Shown here: piece by piece, positions 61,121-64,000 of the stretch
How positions within the stretch are numbered: the stretch's first letter is position 1
Layout of the letters: each line of letters begins with the position of its first letter
Source of the DNA: an uncultured Lachnospiraceae bacterium
GTDB taxonomy: Bacteria > Bacillota > Clostridia > Oscillospirales > CAG-272
Direction of reading: 5' to 3'
Assembly (NCBI GenBank): GCA_964568425.1
Contig: CAZMPO010000007.1
Location: 1 to 64,000, forward strand
DNA: 64,000 nt
Program-made: the position numbers and the translations under genes
Notes under the pieces: model-generated
What the model saw: only the letters and a program-made list of their open reading frames with translations
The model's database searches: none
What the model was told of the DNA's origin: nothing

Positions 61121-62161
61121 TCAGTCGATTATAACGCCCTCGTCGGAGCGAACGACACTGCCGATGATGTAGGCGTCCTCGCCTGCCTCGCGAAGTATCG
61201 AGAGTGCCTTTTCGGCATCCTCTGCGGCGACCGTGACGCTCATGCCGACGCCCATGTTAAAGGTGTTGAACATATCGTGATCGGATATGCCGCCGACCTT
61301 TCTGATAAGCTCGAATATCGGGAGGATCTTAAGAGATGCTCTGTCGACCTTTACCGAGTATCCGTCGGGCAGCGCGCGCGGAATGTTTTCGTAAAATCCG
61401 CCGCCGGTGATGTGGGATACCGCCTTGACGCTCACCTTTTCAAAGAGCGCGAGCATAGATTTAACATATATCTTGGTCGGCGTAAGAAGCACCTCGCCGA
61501 GCGATCTGCCGTCAAGCTCGGGGACGGGCGCGGACAGATCGGCGTTTTCGATATCAAACACGCGGCGAACGAGCGAAAATCCGTTCGAGTGCACGCCCGA
61601 GGATGCAAGCGCAATAACGACATCGCCCTCTTTTACGCTGTTTTTGTCGAGTATTTTCTTTTTGTCAACAACACCCGTGCTGTAGCCCGCCAGATCATAG
61701 TCGTCCTCAGCCATAAGCCCGGGGTGCTCGGCAGTCTCGCCGCCGATAAGCGCACAACCCGCGCGGACGCAACCCTCGGCAACACCGCCGACGATCGAGG
61801 CGATCTTTTCGGGAACATTCTTTCCGCAAGCAATATAATCAAGGAAGAAAAGTGGCTTTGCGCCGCAACAGATTATATCATTGACGCACATGGCAACGCA
61901 GTCGATACCGATCGTATCATGCTTGTCCATCAGCATGGCAAGTCTTATCTTGGTGCCGACACCGTCGGTTCCCGATACGAGCACAGGCTCGTCGATGCCA
62001 CCAAGGTCAAGCCCGAAGCATCCGCCAAATCCGCCTATATCATCAAGGCAACCGGCGGTCTTCGTTCTTGCAATGTGACCCTTCATCAGCTCTACCGAGC
62101 GATAGCCTGCGGTAATATCGACGCCCGCCTTTGCGTAGCTGTCCGATCTTGAATTTTTCAT
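61121..62161 (-). CDS. purM: phosphoribosylformylglycinamidine cyclo-ligase (AIR synthetase)
   Basis: YAKAGVDI start, AIRS N- and C-terminal domains. Confidence 0.95.
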   Translation of the reverse strand: MKNSRSDSYAKAGVDITAGYRSVELMKGHIARTKTAGCLDDIGGFGGCFGLDLGGIDEPVLVSGTDGVGTKIRLAMLMDKHDTIGIDCVAMCVNDIICCGAKPLFFLDYIACGKNVPEKIASIVGGVAEGCVRAGCALIGGETAEHPGLMAEDDYDLAGYSTGVVDKKKILDKNSVKEGDVVIALASSGVHSNGFSLVRRVFDIENADLSAPVPELDGRSLGEVLLTPTKIYVKSMLALFEKVSVKAVSHITGGGFYENIPRALPDGYSVKVDRASLKILPIFELIRKVGGISDHDMFNTFNMGVGMSVTVAAEDAEKALSILREAGEDAYIIGSVVRSDEGVIID

Positions 62162-62207
62162 AGTAAAGTTTTCCTTTCGGTAAATTATAGGCGTTCTTCA
62201 ATTGATA

Positions 62208-62520
62208 GCGTTTTGACGTTTCGCTCTGCGAATGCCGTCCCTCGGACGGCAAGTCAAAACTTCGGCAAATTACAGCCCTTCTGTATTTGATGGCGTTTTG
62301 ACGTTTCGCTCTGCGAATGCCGTCCCTCGGACGGCAAGTCAAAACTTCGGCAAATTACAGCCCTTCTGTATTTGATGGCGTTTTGACGTTTCGCTCTGCG
62401 AATGCCGTCCCTCGGACGGCAAGTCAAAACTTCGGCAAATTACAGCCCTTCTGTATTTGATGGCGTTTTGACGTTTCGCTACGCGAATGCCCTCCCTCGG
62501 AGGGCAAGTCAAAACTTCGG
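62208..62520. repeat. four tandem copies of an 85-bp hairpin-forming repeat between purM and purF
   Basis: Copies start at 62208, 62293, 62378, 62463. Each carries nested inverted repeats GTTTTGAC...GTCAAAAC and CCGTCC-ctcg-GACGG. Copy 4 has the compensatory variant CCCTCC-ctcg-GAGGG. Confidence 0.9.
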
Positions 62521-62521
62521 T

Positions 62522-62550
62522 AAAGGATAAAAGCTTCGCTTTTATCCTTT
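62522..62550 (-). terminator. perfect 13-bp hairpin overlapping the purF stop codon
   Basis: AAAGGATAAAAGC-ttcg-GCTTTTATCCTTT. Confidence 0.4.
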
Positions 62551-63966
62551 ACCGTTCCAGCAATAGGTACAAAGATCGCATTCGGGGAGACCGATGGCTT
62601 TGATTATGCCCTCAAGCGATTGGAACTCAAGGCTGTCAAATTTGAATTTCTTGCAGATCTCGCGGCGAAGTGCTCTGCCGCGCTCGGTCCTGCCGTCCGA
62701 ATACTCGTCGATATGCTCAAATCCGACCTCGCCCTCAAGCTCCATGATCACGCGGCGCGCGATCAGCTCCATGTTGTTTGTCGAACGCGAGAAATTCAGA
62801 TATTTGCATCCGAACATGATCGGCGGACACGCAGAACGCATGTGGACCGATTTTGCTCCGTTTTCATAAAGGAAATCGACCGTTTCCTTAAGCTGTGTAC
62901 CGCGGACGATCGAATCATCCACAAAAAGCAGATTTTTGTCCTTTATGTAATCATGAACGGGTATCTGCTTCATTTTTGCGACCTTGTTACGCTCGGTTTG
63001 GTTGTTCGGCGTAAAGCTTCTCGACCAGGTGGGCGTATATTTGATAAAGGCGCGCGCGAATTTTTTGCCGCTCTCGTTCGAGTACCCGATCGCATGCGGC
63101 GTTCCCGAATCGGGGACGCCTCCGACATAATCGACCTCGGCGTCAAATCCGTTTTCTCGGTCGTATGCCGCCATGATCTCGCCGTTGCGGCAACGCATCG
63201 CCTCAACATTGACGCCCTCGTATGTGGCGGTCGGGTAGCCGTAATAGCTCCACAAAAAGGCACAGACCTTCTTCTTTTTGCCGGGCTCTTTAAGCCTTGT
63301 CAGCGTGTCTGGCGTTATCTCGACGATCTCGCCCGGACCGAGCTCATATTCGTCGGTATATCCGAGTTTTTGGTAAGCGAACGACTCAAAGGACACCGCG
63401 TATCCGCTCTCGCCCTTGCCGACAAGCAGCGGCAGTCTGCCGACCTTGTCGCGTGCGGCGATTATCGAGCCGTCACTTGTCAGCAGCAGTATCGAGCATG
63501 TGCCCTCGATAATGCTCTGTGCATAGGCTATGCCGCTTGCAAAATCTTCCTTTTGATTGATAAGCGCGGCAACAAGCTCGGTCGTGTTGATCGCACCGCC
63601 GGTCATCGCGTCAAAATAGCCGCCGGGAAGATCGAGACAGAGTTTTATCAGCTGCTCGGCGTTGTTTATGATACCGACAGTCGATATCGCGTATGTGCCG
63701 AGTTTTGATCTTATCAGCATGGGCTGAGGGTCGGTGTCGCTGATGCAACCGATCGCAGACGTGCCCTTCATTTCCTCGAAAATATGCTCGAATTTCGTGC
63801 GAAACGGCGAATTTTCGATGCTGTGTATCTTCCTTTGCAGACCTATCTCTTTATCGTATGCCGCAAGTCCGCCGCGGCGAGTTCCGAGGTGCGAATGATA
63901 ATCGACTCCGAAAAAGACGTCAAGGAGGCAATCTTCTCTTGACGCAATTCCAAAAAATCCTCCCAT
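62542..63966 (-). CDS. purF: amidophosphoribosyltransferase-like protein (PurF homolog; N-terminus MGGFFG lacks the Ntn Cys)
   Basis: PRTase motifs TGVPDSG and LLFVDDSIVRGTQ; C-terminal Cys cluster CxxC; reading frame is open to the window edge upstream. Confidence 0.8.
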   Translation of the reverse strand: MGGFFGIASREDCLLDVFFGVDYHSHLGTRRGGLAAYDKEIGLQRKIHSIENSPFRTKFEHIFEEMKGTSAIGCISDTDPQPMLIRSKLGTYAISTVGIINNAEQLIKLCLDLPGGYFDAMTGGAINTTELVAALINQKEDFASGIAYAQSIIEGTCSILLLTSDGSIIAARDKVGRLPLLVGKGESGYAVSFESFAYQKLGYTDEYELGPGEIVEITPDTLTRLKEPGKKKKVCAFLWSYYGYPTATYEGVNVEAMRCRNGEIMAAYDRENGFDAEVDYVGGVPDSGTPHAIGYSNESGKKFARAFIKYTPTWSRSFTPNNQTERNKVAKMKQIPVHDYIKDKNLLFVDDSIVRGTQLKETVDFLYENGAKSVHMRSACPPIMFGCKYLNFSRSTNNMELIARRVIMELEGEVGFEHIDEYSDGRTERGRALRREICKKFKFDSLEFQSLEGIIKAIGLPECDLCTYCWNGKG

Positions 63967-64000
63967 TTGATGTGCCCCCGAGAATCAGGCAAAGAAGAGC

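Noticed and set aside
62208-62520. Possible CRISPR array (regular repeats in an intergenic region)
   Set aside because: The entire 85-bp unit, including the would-be spacer portion, is repeated identically; there are no unique spacers and no cas genes; better explained as a tandem hairpin repeat.

Overview
This 64 kb window looks like a Clostridia-type Firmicutes chromosome; a dockerin-bearing protein at 40009-41409 points to a Ruminococcaceae/Oscillospiraceae-like cellulosome producer. It has two parts.

**Left part (about 1-16860): AT-rich accessory island.** Its core is a tightly packed minus-strand operon running 13719 down to 3817:
- a small AlpA/excisionase-like HTH gene;
- a 1196-aa protein with an N-terminal Swt1-type HEPN domain (RNRWAH motif) fused to an SNF2-family helicase;
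- a 1574-aa protein with two sacsin/NOV-like GHKL (Bergerat) ATPase modules and a Cys-rich C-terminus;
- a Macro-domain protein with a C-terminal HTH;
- an ArsC/Spx-like thioredoxin-fold protein.

The rest of the island holds a vWA protein with an apparent frameshift, an ADP-ribosylglycohydrolase, an Lrp regulator and an RNAP alpha-CTD-like protein. On the plus strand there is a three-gene module: an SPFH protein with five zinc ribbons followed by two membrane proteins. I read the HEPN-SNF2 + double-GHKL gene pair as a candidate uncharacterised defence system. I see no integrase or tRNA in the window.

**Right part (16860-64000): GC-rich core genome.** It encodes:
- a flavodoxin-like reductase, and an aldo/keto reductase with a divergent MerR regulator;
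- a lipoprotein metallophosphoesterase, and a Ugp-like CUT1 ABC transporter with a membrane-anchored glycerophosphodiesterase;
- a GNAT acetyltransferase, a dGTPase-like HD protein, a Zn peptidase and an LCP protein;
- pgk-tpiA and ppa;
- a GH5-like hydrolase, a DUF3990/DUF3791-HTH pair and a dockerin-bearing transglutaminase-like protein;
- a pyrimidine operon (pyrC-carB-pyrK-pyrD-pyrF-PHP-pyrE-pyrB fused to a pyrI zinc domain) and fhs;
- a purine operon (purF-like, purM, purN, a PurO-like IMP cyclohydrolase, an AICAR-transformylase-only purH, purD, purL).

The purine operon carries two unusual repeat structures: a four-helix-bundle gene cassette flanked by direct repeats and heptamer arrays between purD and purH, and four tandem 85-bp hairpin-forming repeats (with a compensatory stem change) between purM and purF.
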